Translations under genes and position numbers: made by a program
The notes under the pieces: model-generated
Told to the model about the DNA's origin: nothing
What the model saw: only the letters and a program-made list of their open reading frames with translations
Database searches by the model: none
NCBI RefSeq assembly: GCF_009914755.1
Contig: NC_060941.1
From: the human T2T-CHM13v2.0 reference genome, Homo sapiens
DNA length: 64,000 bases
Strand: one strand, 5' to 3'
Shown here: one piece after another, positions 26,627 to 39,962 of the stretch
How positions within the stretch are numbered: position 1 is the stretch's first letter
How the letters are laid out: the number at the start of each line of letters is the position of its first letter

Positions 26627-26925
26627 TACACACACACACACGCGTGCACACACACACAGACCCACACACGCCCACAAACACACACGCACACACAAACACA
26701 CGCACACACAAACACACACACGCACACACATGCACACACACAAACACATGCACACACAAACACATGCACGCACACGCACACAAGCACACACACGCACACA
26801 CAAACACACATGCAGACACAAACACATGCACACACATGCGCACACAAACACGCACACGCACATATGCACACACTTACACAAACATGCACACACTTACACA
26901 AACATGCACACACACACGTGCACAC
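26627..26925. repeat. Composite (CA)n repeat
   Basis: Directly visible. Confidence 0.95.
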
Positions 26926-28324
26926 CATCTGTTTCAGAGATCAAGACTGTTCAGCCTCAGCTCCCTTGCCCTTGCCATCTCCACTGTGTCTCCCTCTCAA
27001 TCCAACAGCTGCACAGGCCCCCACGAAGGCTCTGATCCAGCATCTGGGGGATGCATGTGACTAACTAATTAACTCTAATGAATTACGTGTCCACACGCCT
27101 GGTGAAAAGGACGCACACGGAGGATGCATGCTTTCCCGAGTTTGGACCTGGAGAGATTGATAACGACGACCATGCATTTGGAATTCAGAGTTGGGTCTTT
27201 GTTTAATATGCATCTTTCTTCTCCAGGCATCAAAGAGATTATTTTTTTTTTTTAGAGTAAACAGACTTCAAAACAGGATTTAGTCTCTGAAAGCCTGCAC
27301 CTGATTTGTCAGTCCTGGCTCAGGCTGCCCCAAGCCTTAATCATTTTGCAGGTGGATGAAAGAGATCTGAGATAGTGACGGGGGGGAGAGGAGGGGAGAG
27401 GATGCGTGCGGAGGTGCCAAGCATACTGGCTCTGCTCCTGCAACTGAAGCAGACATCAGGACCCGGTCTGTTTGAGCCAGAAACAAAGGGCACCAAGCAA
27501 TAAAAATGAGCCCATCTTCTCGTCCCACACCTCCCACGGCCATGGCCTCACAGGAGCCCCGTCTCCTCGCTGAATACGTCCAAGGATGTGTCCATTTCAT
27601 CCTGGCTGTTTTAAAAAGCCATCCTGGAAAAGATGCTCACGTGGGTAGCCCTTTGCCTCAGCGTCAGCTGGTTGACTCCACTCGAAGCAGCCCCTTCCTG
27701 CACCAGTAGCCCCTCCACCCTGCTCAAACCCGAAACTGGGGTCCCCTTCAAGGTCTCTGTGCCCCTTGCCCCAGGCCAAGCCTGCAGAGTCCAGCCTTGC
27801 AGACCAAGCCTGCAAAGCCCATTTTCAAATAATATGTTCTCATTCTCGAGGGGCCCCTGCTCCCCCCATCCCTCCCCAGCCACATGGCTGGACTGAAGCT
27901 TGCACCTGTTTTGATATCCAGGGAAGGGTCTAGCCCAGTAGGTCACCTGTCTGATGGCTGCCCCTTAAATGCAGGTGGCATGCCCAGAAAGACTCAACCT
28001 GCCTCTGAAACCCTCCCTGGTCCCCACAGAGGGACAGCCACCCCCCTCCCTCCCTGCACCATCACCAAACACAGATCAGAGCCTGTATCTTCTTTCTTGT
28101 CCCACTGTGGTCTCAACAGCAAAGCAGTGTCCTGTTACATGATTGGGGGGTGGGGCGAGATGTTCGGGGAGGCCCGGTTCAGTCACACTGGTGGTGCCTA
28201 TAGTATCCAGCAGCTGCCTGCACCCAGTATGTCTACACCCCCTCAGAAGCCGGGTTTCTGCACTGCCCCGCCTCCCCGCAGCAGAGTGTGGACCCTCAGT
28301 GCAAGACAAGCAGTGCCCAGAAGC

Positions 28325-28520
28325 TGGGTGTGGAGTCAGACAGAGCTGGACTAAACCCCAGCGTCTCCTCTTTGCAACTTTGGGCAACTTCTGAACCATC
28401 CTGAGCCTGTTTCCTCTTAGGAAGAATGGAGGTGATCATGGAACCTGCCCTCGGAGTGAGTGTGATGTGATAGATGGTGTGAAAATGCCTGGCACAGAGC
28501 GGGCACTCGGCACACACTAG
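28325..28520 (+). mobile_element. MIR
   Basis: 'tggagtcagacagagctgg..ttgggcaacttctgaaccatcctgagcctgtttcctc..tgcctggcacagagcgggcactc'. Confidence 0.8.
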
Positions 28521-29179
28521 CTCCTCTGCTTACTCCTGTGCCCCTCGGCTCCTTAGAAAGAGAAGGCTGCTCAGCGGAGAGAGGAAGGGTGCAGGGAGAG
28601 GGGAGGGCGCCAGGAGAAGGGAGGGTGCAGGGAGAGGGGATGGAGGGCCCTACTCCCCATTCAGGCCAAACTGCATTTCACCAATCTCCAGGTTCCCATG
28701 TGACCCCCAGCTCCTTGGGGCACCTACGTGCTCCCCTGAATCTCAGCCCCCACTTGTGGGCACTGAGGGAGCTCAGACTGCAGAAACATCCAGGCTGGCT
28801 CCAGCCCGGCCATTCTGACCACATACTCGTGCTAATTCCGCCAGAAAGACCAGCCTGTGGTTAGCAAGGGCAGCTATTATGGTTTCCAGAAAATTCCTTT
28901 GAGCAAAGAGAAGCTGTTTGCCATTCCTGAGGCCCCTCCAGCCTGTACAAATGTGGCTTTCCAATTAAGCTGGGGCTGCTCCCAGATCTCTATCTGCTTT
29001 CCTTCTAAAGTAAGAAAAATCCTAGAGCAGTAGGCACTCCTTTTTATTTTTCTAAATCACTTCCAGTTATTTTTTCTGATGACCCAAGTAGTGCCTTTTC
29101 TGTTACCCAGGAACATGGTAGAGGGGCTGATTGGGGTCAGAAGTCCGGGGGACCAAGTTGGGGACCTCATAAGGAGAGA

Positions 29180-29600
29180 CAAGTTTGGGAGAAGGATGGC
29201 AAGCTCCTCTCTGGATGGGTTGAGCAAGAGGCACTTTAGAATTCTTGAATCTGCCTCTGGGCAGGAATGTCTGGGAGAGTTGGATGCCCAAGGCTGGCTC
29301 TCAGGTGTGGGCTGGAGTGGCAGACTTGGAGTTCCTTGGCACAGATACGACATCACATCATGGGCTTGGATGGGGTCTCTGGGACAGTGTGTGGAGTTGA
29401 GAGAGGAAAAGGCCAAGAATGAAACAAGGAAGAGAAAACCTGGAGAACAGAAATCATCAAAGTGTGGCAGGAACACAGAGGGGGACGAGACCAAGACAGA
29501 GGGATGCAGTGAAGCCGGGGAGGAGGGGGCTTCAAGAAGGGGCAGGTCAGCTACATCATGTGGCCAGAGAGCTCAGTTCAGATGAGGCCCCAAATGGCCC
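29180..29600 (-). mobile_element. L2 internal fragment
   Basis: Degenerate purine-rich antisense L2 ('gggctggagtggcagacttggag..gtgtgtggagttgagagaggaaaaggcc'). Confidence 0.55.
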
Positions 29601-29639
29601 ACTTGATGTGGTACTTGACATGTCAGCAGGCAACCAGGA

Positions 29640-29992
29640 GAACACAGCAAAAGTGACATTATGCCAGTTCTGGGTCCAGTCTTGAAGACTGGCACATTTC
29701 ACTTCCTCTTTCTTAAAATGTGCTCTCTTGGGGCCCTCCCTCTCAGACCCAGGCACCCATGCTGTGAGAATCCCAGCCTAGGATACGTGTAGCCTCTCCA
29801 GTCAACAGCCCTGGTGGAGTGGCCAGCCCAGAGTGAGTCAGCATCAAATGCCAGATGTGAGTGATACATCTTGGGGACTCTGACTTAGTCATGTTTGTTT
29901 ATGACTGAAGCCCCATCCAGAAGAACCTCCCAGCTGAGCCCAGTCAACTCATAAACTCATGAAATAACAAAATGGTTGGTTTTCACAAGCCA
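29640..29992 (+). mobile_element. MLT1 (G/H/I-like) LTR fragment
   Basis: 'aagtgacattatgccagttctggg', 'ccatgctgtgagaa' and 'cccagctgagcccagtcaac'. Confidence 0.7.
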
Positions 29993-30337
29993 AAAAAAAA
30001 ATGTGTCATCAGAGATTCCACCAGAACAACTTTAATGGCTTGATGGGGATAGACCCCTAACCAAGAGGGATAAAGCATGAACAAGCATGTGTATTGTGTG
30101 CACATAGGCATGTGTGCAGGGAGGAGAGACAGTGTTTAGAAGGGCTTCGTTGAGGAACTTGACTTTGGAAGGATTGCTCATTTCCCTTCACTATTTAAAA
30201 GGTCCCATCTTTGCCAGGTCTCAGGCAAATTTCCTACCAGGAAAAGCCCACCCACAGCTTGAGAAAGCGGCTTCATCAAAGATCTTGACCCTGTGATCAA
30301 GCAGTCTCAGAGCCTTAGGCAGGGAGCAGCAGCCTCA

Positions 30338-30676
<339 letters not shown>

Positions 30677-30829
30677 ATTGGGTCTCAATTTCCTCCTCTC
30701 CAATGCAGGGTTAATGGCACTTCGCCTGCCAATTTCTCAGGGCCATTGCTGGAAAGAAATAAAATGAAGGATATAAAAACTATCAAGGCAAAGGCTAATG
30801 TAAAAGATTCTTCTGATTCCTACTCAAAG

Positions 30830-30861
30830 GGAGGAGGAGGTTGAGGGAGGAGGAGGTTGAG
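30830..30861. repeat. Perfect 16-bp tandem duplication
   Basis: GGAGGAGGAGGTTGAG x2. Confidence 0.9.
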
Positions 30862-32079
30862 GTCCAACCAGAAGCTGGCGGCCTCCTGAAGTTTCGACAG
30901 CACACTTCTCTAAAAGCAAGCTTAGGAAGATCAAGGCACCCACAGGGCTTTGAATCTCACTAGCAACCTCTGGCAACCCTTCCATTCTGCTCAGATTGAC
31001 ATTGTGCTAAAGAGCCTGCCTTTGGCCCCTTTGAGGGCTTCTTGGATTTGCAGGGAAAGTTAGGGACTGCTTCTGTGACCAAAATCAGAAGCCATTTCTA
31101 CAGCACCTGCTAGAAGAGCTGGCTTCCCTCTCTGTCTAACATAATCCCATTTTCTGCCTCCAACATCTATGGCTTGAAATCTGTGCTGCCTTATGGCATG
31201 GAGGAGAGAGCACCAGAAAATGAGCCTAAAAAGTCAGAAGTTCAAAAAAGAGAAACAGAAAACATTAGCACCTTTATCCTACTGACCTGCAGGCAGCATC
31301 CTGCACCAGGACTGTGAGGAAGCCAAGAGAAGCCGAGAGCAGGCATAAGATGCAAAACAGAGTAAAATAAATAAAAGTCACGCATCGTGTTAGGGAGAGG
31401 GTCCACGTGGCCGACCAATGGCAGCAGACAGCCCCTCCTGACAGCTGCAGCTTTAGGGGGCCTTCAGAGTGGTTTCCATGGCACCCGTGCCTTCATAATC
31501 CTCACCCAAGCGGCTCTCCTTCAGCTCACCTTGCGTCACCAAGCTGGAGGAGAAATGAAGTAAGTGTGACAAATATGCTGATATCCAGAGAGAAAGAGAA
31601 GGTGGGGGAAGGAGGGAGGCAAGCCCAGGGGCTTCCTCCAGGGCAAGTGGCTGGGGTCCCTGCCTGGGGCTCTGAGGGCATTTCTGGGGGACCAGGCCTA
31701 ACCAAACTCTGATTTAGAAAAATCCAGGGACTCAAATACCCAAACAGTTTGGAGAGAAAGGTGATCTGAGCTCCTGTGGGCAGATGGTCGGGCCTTACAC
31801 AGCAGGTCCCTGGGAACACAGAACCCTGGGGCACCAGGCTCCATGGCCACCACGGTCAGGTCTTATTGTGCTCACTCCCCTCCAGGCCCCTGGCAGAAAG
31901 TTCAGCCTTTATCTCCACGCTGGCATATAAGCTGTGTGGCCTGCATTCACCGTGTGACCTCGCAAAGCCTGTGCTCATCTCTCTGAAAAAATACTGGGTT
32001 GTCCTGAATATTGAAAATCCTATATTTAGATGTTCCCAGCTCATGCCTAGGACATAGAAGGATTGCAGACAGCTGCAGA

Positions 32080-32458
32080 TTTTTAATATACCCATTTCGT
32101 TGAAGTACAATTCACATGCAATAAAACTCACTAATTTTAAGTATACCATTTGATGGATTTCAACATGTATATGTAGTCATGGAGCCACCACCCAATCGAG
32201 ATAGAGAATGTCTCTATGATGCAGAAAAGTCCCTCCTGGCCCTCTGCAGTCAATCTTCTCCCCCCATCTTGGCCCCAAGCAACCACTGATGGATTTTCTG
32301 TCCCTAAAGCTCTGCCTTTTCCAGAATGTCATATATACAGAGGCCTCTGTGTCTGGCTTCCTTCACTTCGCACAATGCTTTCAAGGCTCACCCACATTGC
32401 TGCATGTACCAGTAGCTCCTTCCTTTTCCCTGCTGGATAGCATTCCATCCTTTGGATT
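32080..32458 (-). mobile_element. L1M 3' UTR fragment
   Basis: 'gaagtacaattcacatgcaataaaactcactaattttaag' and 'gccttttccagaatgtcatata'. Confidence 0.85.
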
Positions 32459-32468
32459 AAACAGAAAC

Positions 32469-32827
<359 letters not shown>

Positions 32828-33299
32828 AATAATAACTTTTTAAATATTTGATTATGTTTAATGATACTTGAAGTCCACCCTGAGTCCTGTTCCCCTTTGT
32901 AATACTCTGCTGTTTCTTCTTGGGTTCATCTCAGAGGTATCATCATGGTCACACCTTCCTGGCATGTTCCTGAGCTTTTATCTTCACGCAGACCCAGTAG
33001 TACCTGCTGGTGGGGAGAGGGGTAGGGAAGGGGTGGGGGTCGCCCACCCAACCCAGGCTCACCCCCAATCCCATGTGAAACTGCGCCCACCCGCCATGGC
33101 TGCACCCATGGGTGTCACCAGTGGGACAACAGTGCAGGCGTGGCCTTGCTGTAGCATGCCTGGTCCACCTAATGCTTTCCCAGCCCCTGCCTGACCTTTG
33201 CCAAATCTGTCCTTTCTTTCTCAGCCCTAGAGCCCCACAGAGAAGGTGGCGTGGAAGGTCCCCACAAAAGAATCCAGCCCTTCTCCATCCACTGATTTC

Positions 33300-33368
33300 T
33301 TTTCTTTCATTCATTCAACAAGAAATTATTGACGGGCTTCCTGTGCCAGGCACAGGCCAGGGGCTGGG
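33300..33368 (-). mobile_element. L2 3' end
   Basis: 'tcattcattcaacaagaaattattgacgggcttcctgtgccaggcac'. Confidence 0.75.
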
Positions 33369-34383
33369 TGGCAGGCAGAGGGGCAGCCTCCAGGGCCGCA
33401 GGGCCCAGCCAGGCCCACCTCCATCACCTCTCCTTCCCCGCCCCAGACTTGGCCCAATAGGCAGGACTGAAACGAAACCTCGCCCCTCCAGCATCCTCCA
33501 ATTTCTTGCTCTTAGTTCAGACCCTGCACAGCAGCAGGCAATTGAAAAGGACTTCCGGATACCCGCTCACACTTTCATCCTTCTTTTCTCTCTGCCTTTT
33601 TTCATCTTCTTTTTAAAAATGCTCTTTAATAGTGGGAAAGTTAGCATGAAAAGGAGAGAAAATGAGGCTTGAAAAGAATGTGTCTGATGTGCAGCAATTT
33701 GTTCACCTGCGAGAGGTTCTTCCCCTCCTGAACCTCGCTGCTGGGGGGCCCAGCGCTGCCGGGCGGCAGGAGGCGGGAGGCGGCTGGGAAGCTAGAGGAG
33801 GCCCGCTCTTCTGCCCTTCTGAAAGCAGAGGCAGGAGGTGGGTCAAGGTAAGAGATTGGCCTCATGACAGCAAGTAAAGTCAGGGTCGTAGGAGACCAGG
33901 GTCACCTGCCATGTCCCTCTGGCATCTGTTGGAGCCACAATAGGGACCTGGAGAATTGTTCACCATAAGGCATTTCCTTTCCTGTCTTAAGGCAAGAGCC
34001 TGGTGTCCTGTGTGGTGGGGAAAGGGGGCCTAGAGTCAGGGAATGGGGTCCCAGCAGGGCAGGTTCAGGGCCTGGTCACCCCAGGACTCAGACCACCATT
34101 TCTTCCTCCCTCCTACTTGGGCTCCAGCCACATGCCCCACTGACCTCTGGAAGAGCCAGTCAGATCCCAGCGAAGGATCCTTCCCCGAGGATCCCAGCTG
34201 GGCTTAGGGTTTCAAGAAAGCCTCAACCGGCCTCCATCCACTCTGCGCTGGACTGAACCAGCTGCCCCCTCCCCTTACTCAATGAGAAAGCTCAGGACCC
34301 ACATGCAAGACAGAGCCTGCAAGAGAAGACCCCCGTCGAGCTCCTTTCCTGCAAAGGAGACCATTCTTTGGCTCCTATCATGA

Positions 34384-34424
34384 GAGGCAGGGAGGCAGGG
34401 AGGCAGGGAGGCAGGGAGGCAGGG
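34384..34424. repeat. (AGGCAGGG)n octamer tandem, about 5 copies
   Basis: Directly visible. Confidence 0.9.
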
Positions 34425-35629
34425 CCAAAGTACCCACAGGGCAGGTGCTGCTAGAGCTTGTTTCCCTGGGAAATGACAGAGGGGTACGACGCCAGCGAGC
34501 CTGGAGTCTTGACAGGCTGGACGGCCCAATGATTAGACAGTGGGCTCTGGGCCAGCCTGCCTGGGTTCAGATAAAATCAGATCAAATCCATTTGCTGCTT
34601 ATTAGCTGTGTGGCCAGGACTGGAACCAGACAGAAACTGGGGGTGATTATAGCGGTGCCTCTCTGAGTCATTGTATAAGTTACCACCCATAATGCTCTTG
34701 GGATGGTACTTGGCACACAGTAGGTGCACGGAGAAGGCTGGTGTCCCGAGCTCAGCATCATTATTCAGCCAGACCCTCCCCAGCATAGTAGCGCCCACCC
34801 CGCTGGCAGGATAGGAGGATGGAGGATGGGTACTTCCCCCCTCCCCTTCCACCTGGGGCAGGGAGAATCTGCCAGGAGTGCCCCGTCCCTGAGCTCCAGC
34901 CTCCCCCACCACCCCCAGTGACAAAGACAGAGCTGGAGCTGGGCTGGGTAGCAAAAGCTGCAGACAGGGGGCTGGGCTGATACCTCAGGGTTGCCCCCAC
35001 ACTGCACAACTCTGGGGATGCCATTTACATCAACAGCCCATGGTGGCCCCTGCCCAGGGCCAAGGCACAAGCTCTGGAGGAGACAGGCCAGGGTTCCCTG
35101 AGATGCCGTTTGCCCACCAAAGGCTGCTTCAAAGCCCCAAAGAATAAGCCTGACAAGGCAGAGACAGAAGCATGGGCTGAGAAGGGCCTGGGAGCCCGAT
35201 TTGCCGGTGGGCCCAGCCTGGGGGGACGTGGGTTTTCCCTTCTCCTGGAGCACAGTGGCCTAGTTTTGTCCTGGAGACTGAAAAGACAGACCCAGCGAAA
35301 AGCTTCATGCTGTCCCTCCCTCAAAGCCATCTCACGCCCACACATCTCCACACCCCTCCCCAGAGGCCAGAGCTGCGGGAACCCCAGTGAGAGTGTGGTT
35401 TCCTCTCAGCCTCGCCCCTCAGAGACTTCCGCTCAGCAGCAGCTGCGGCCAGGCCAGCTCGAGGCGAGACATCAGCCAGTCCTTGTGAAACCTCCCTGCA
35501 CGGTGGAGACAGACAGAGACAGGGCACCAGGCCAGGCCCCTTCCAGTGGAGGGGGCAGCAAGTGAGCAGGGGCGGTCAGAGGGGTGGGAATCACAGGGGA
35601 GAACAGTGACTAGGGAGAGTGATAGAGAA

Positions 35630-36098
35630 GTGTGTGCCACTGCTGTGTGCATGTGCAAATGTGCATGTATGCACATAGGTATGTGTGCTGCACGCTCAAG
35701 TGTGTAGTATGTGTGCAAGTGTGTAGGTGGGTGTGTGCAAATGTGTGAGCAAGCACAGCTGTGTGCAAATGTGTAAGTGTGCACTGTATAGGCACAAACG
35801 GATATGTGTCAGTGTACAAGTGCTGCTTGTGCAAGTTTGTGGCTGTGTGTGCAAATGTATGCGAGTGTGTCTGTGCCTGTATGCAAATGGGTGTATGCAA
35901 GTGTGCAGGTGTGTCACACAAGTGCAAGGGTGCATTTCTGCAAATGCACATGTGTGCAAGTGTGTGGACATGCGTGCAAATGGGTGCTAGTGCACAGGTG
36001 TGTGGGTGTGCAAGTGGATGCAAACGCATATATGTGCACATGTGTTCAATGCATGTGTGTGCAACTGTGCACATGTGTGCAAGTGTGTGTGTGTGAGT
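35630..36098. repeat. Degenerate (TG)n/TGCAA-rich repeat
   Basis: Directly visible; TGCAAAT and TGCAAGT nodes recur. Confidence 0.9.
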
Positions 36099-38904
36099 GC
36101 CCTGGAAAAGAGAGAGGGAGAGGAGGAGGGAAGGAAGAGCAGAAAAATACCTATGGTAAAAGCCAGCACTGCCCAGCAGACATGTCCAATGGAGAGCACC
36201 AAGAGGCAGAAACAGCCTCTCTTTGTTCCTGTCTCAGTAGCGGGCATAGTAGCAGTACAATGACTTGTGCTGCCTGCCTGGCAGATCACACAGGTCACAG
36301 ATGCCTCCTCGTCACAGGATGTGGTCGCTGCACCCTGTCCTAACTCCAGTCCTTTCCCTCACCTTCACCAGCTAACCCCTTCCCTCCAAACCCCCTCCCC
36401 TGATTGCTGTCAAGGTCAGCAGGCCCCGCCCCATCCATGAGCGAGCCAAGGGTAGTATCTGCTCAATGCCGTCACTCCGTGTGGGCCAGCTTCTCCTCGC
36501 CCAGGAACAAGGGGATTTCCTGACTGTCTCTTTAGGCAGGGTGACGTAAGCTGTTTTGCTAGTGTAGAGCCAAAGAGCCTTCCAGGCCTTCATTTATCTA
36601 GATGTGGAGTCCTTTGGGAATGAGCATAGCAGGCTTGTTCCTGCCCAGCATCTTGGAAGATCTCGGACTAGTGCTCCCTGCAGATGATTGGGACCTAAGA
36701 AACAGAGCCCTGCAGAAGGACTGGCAAGACCACATGTCCCGGGGTGGCCAGTGTTTCCAGCAGTGACACTTGGGATTGAAACCAACCTTTGCAGAGCGAG
36801 AGACCCCACAGTACCAGCTGTGCCACTGACTGGGAAGTGCCCAGCCTTGGCCCTAGAGTGGGAAAATGGCCTGGACATGAAATGTGTGGGGACCTGACAC
36901 CTGTGCTGGCCCCTGCAGCAGAGGCAGAGGCCCAGGCAGGCGGGGACCTGCTTTTCCCAGGGCTCTCCAGGGAGTCCCTGCACAGCCCTCAAGAGCCTGC
37001 CCTGCGTTATCATCCTCAAGGTCAAGAAACTTCCTTGGGGGAGTCTCCAGAGACAGGCAGCCTGGCCATGCCCTGGCGGACCCACCCACTCTACTCCAGG
37101 ACCTCCGGATTTGGTCTGGGAGTCTCGGCACAGGGGAGTCTGCCATCGAACCAGCCACCTGCATCAGAGCCGGGTCCACCTCCTCCGTCCCGCTGTGGCT
37201 CTTTGAGCCTCAGTTTCTTCATCTGTAAGGTGGGAGGTGAGGATGACCAATTCAGTGTCTGGTGAAGACAAAATTTATCCCCTTGTCCAGGGCTGGCCTG
37301 GAGCAGACCCTCCCCTTCCTCCTCATCTCGGCCCCAGGACAAGCATGGCTTCCCTCCCTAGCCTTCCTCCCTTGGAGCTCCAGGCACTGAGGACTCCTGG
37401 CAGATCTCATTCATCTCTCTCTCTCTCCCTCTCTCCCTCTCTCTCTCTCCCCGACCCCCCCCCCCCGCCAGAAAGCCACGTAGATATCCCTCTCTCCTGG
37501 AAAACTTTCCTGCCCCCAAGCCCCGGTGGGGTGCCTCTCCTACGGCCTTGCATGTATCCCAAACTTTCCCTACCTTCCCATCAATCGTGGTGAGCTGGAA
37601 TTACCTGATAATCTACCTGCCTCTCTCTTGGACTACAGTCCCCTTGAGAGTGAGACTGGGTCCAGTAGACTGTTGTCTGCCCAGTGCCCAGCACAGGGTA
37701 GATGTCCATGAAATATACATGGACCAGTGACCGACTGAGATTGAGACTTGACTGGAAGCATCTTCCAAATGGCTGCTGGGAGAGCAGCCCATCCGGCACC
37801 CCAGCTCATGCCCCATCCCCCACTCCTCCAGCTCCTCTCCTCCCAAGTCCCTGCCGTCACAGCCAAGCTCGCGCTCCAAGGCAGCTCTGCCATCATCTGA
37901 TGCAGACTCGTCAGCTGTTGCCATGGAGACCAGCCAGCAGTGAGCTCTGTGCCCTCCTGCTGCAGGGGCCGAGCAGAGCATGGGGGCACCCTGAAGCGTG
38001 CAGAGAGAACCCATCAAGGAGGAGGCGGGGGGAACGCGTGGCTCTGCATCCAGGCAAACCTGGAGTTGGGCCCCATCTGCCCCTACTCTCCTTCCTACAC
38101 CTGTGACACCTCAGGCAAGTTGCTTCATCTCCCTGAGCCTCCCGTGAAATGCAGAAGATCCCAGCCACCCACTGTTATTGAAGGATGGGATCGACCCATT
38201 AGGGCATGGAGCTGTCTCTGTGTCATTTTGGTGTGCCAACCCCTGCCTTGGCTTTCTGGGGGCTGTTTTGAGTGTTCTCTCCCCTTGAACTTTGTGTCCA
38301 ACTCTCCCCACCTCAACTCAGATGAGGCTGAAGGAAGGAGAGATTCCATTCCTACAATAGCACAAAAAGATTTTCTGTGACATTTGAAAACAAGAAGAAG
38401 CCTACAGGTTTGTTAACCAAATTTTGAACTTGGTCTGGCTCTGAGGGCTACTAATGTGGGGGCCACATTGGTTGCTTCCTGCAGTGAGCTAAGGGCTATG
38501 GGCAACTCTGCTCATGAAGAGCTTAAGGTGGCATCTCACTTGCAGGACAGCCTCCAGGTCTCACTGGAGTCAGGGAAAGTGATGGTTGTCCTATCTCCTT
38601 GTTGCTTTAAATGGTAGCTATCTCTGAAGATGGCTGAATGTCCCTGTGCCCACTGGGGACTTTGGGAACAGAAACATGCCAAGATGCTACAACCGGCCCT
38701 GGGCACAAAGCCACCTCTCCAGCTTTCCATGCCCAGCATTAGTCCTGGCATGGAGCTGAACACCTGTGTCTGAGGCAGGCCTAGGCCCTGATGCAAAATG
38801 TACCACCCACCTCCTTCTGCCAAATGTCAACTCGACCCAGCTGCAAGGCAGAGAAAACTTGGCAGTGTTCCCAAAGGGGACAGGAGATTGTCTCTTTTGT
38901 TAAA

Positions 38905-39310
38905 TGAATGGATGGATGGATGGAGGATGGATGGATAGATAGATAGATGGGTGGATGGGTGAAAGGGTGGGTGGATAGGTGGTTGGATGGATGGGTGGAT
39001 GATTGGATGGATGGGTGGATGGATGGGTGGGTGGGTGGGTGGTGAATGGGTGGGTGGGTAGATAACTGGATGGGTGGATGGGTGGTTGAATCGGTGGATG
39101 ACTAGGTGAAAGAATGGATGAATGGATGGGTGGGTGGATGAATGGATGGGTGGGTGGGTAGGTGGATGGATGGATGGGTGAGTGGGTGGATGGATGGATG
39201 GGCGGGTGGGTGGATGGATAGGTGGGTGGGTGGATGATTGGATGGATAGATGGATAGATGAGTGATGGGTGGGTGGGTGGGTGGCTAGAAGGAAGGGAGG
39301 AAAGGAAGGA
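38905..39310. repeat. (GGAT/GGGT)n composite repeat
   Basis: Directly visible. Confidence 0.97.
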
Positions 39311-39345
39311 ATACAAGAGTCATTCTTGGTGTAAAGGCCCACATA

Positions 39346-39570
<225 letters not shown>

Positions 39571-39610
39571 GAAAGAAAAGAAAGAGAGAAAGAAAAGAAG
39601 GAAAGGAAAG

Positions 39611-39642
<32 letters not shown>

Positions 39643-39962
39643 AAGGGAGGGAGGGAGGGAAGGAGGGAGGGAGGGAGGAAAGAAAGAGAGGGAAGGAAGG
39701 AAGGAAGGAAGGAAGGAAGGAAGGAAGGAAGGAAGGAAGGAAGGAGAGAGACAGAAAGAGAGAGAGAAAGAAAAGAAAGAGAGAGAGAAGGAAGGGAGGA
39801 AGGAAGGAAGGGAGGGAGGGAGGGAGAGAGGAAGGAAGGAAAGAAGGAAGGAAGGAGAGAGAAAGAGAGAGAGAGAAAGAAAAAGAAAGAAAGAAAGACA
39901 CAAAGAGAGAGAGAAGGAAGGGAGAAAGGAAAGAAGGAAGGAAGGAAGGAAGACAGACAAAG
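39571..39962. repeat. Near-homopurine GAAA/GA/GGGA/GGAA tract containing (GGAA)13 at 39691-39742
   Basis: Directly visible; continues from the Alu tail. Confidence 0.97.
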
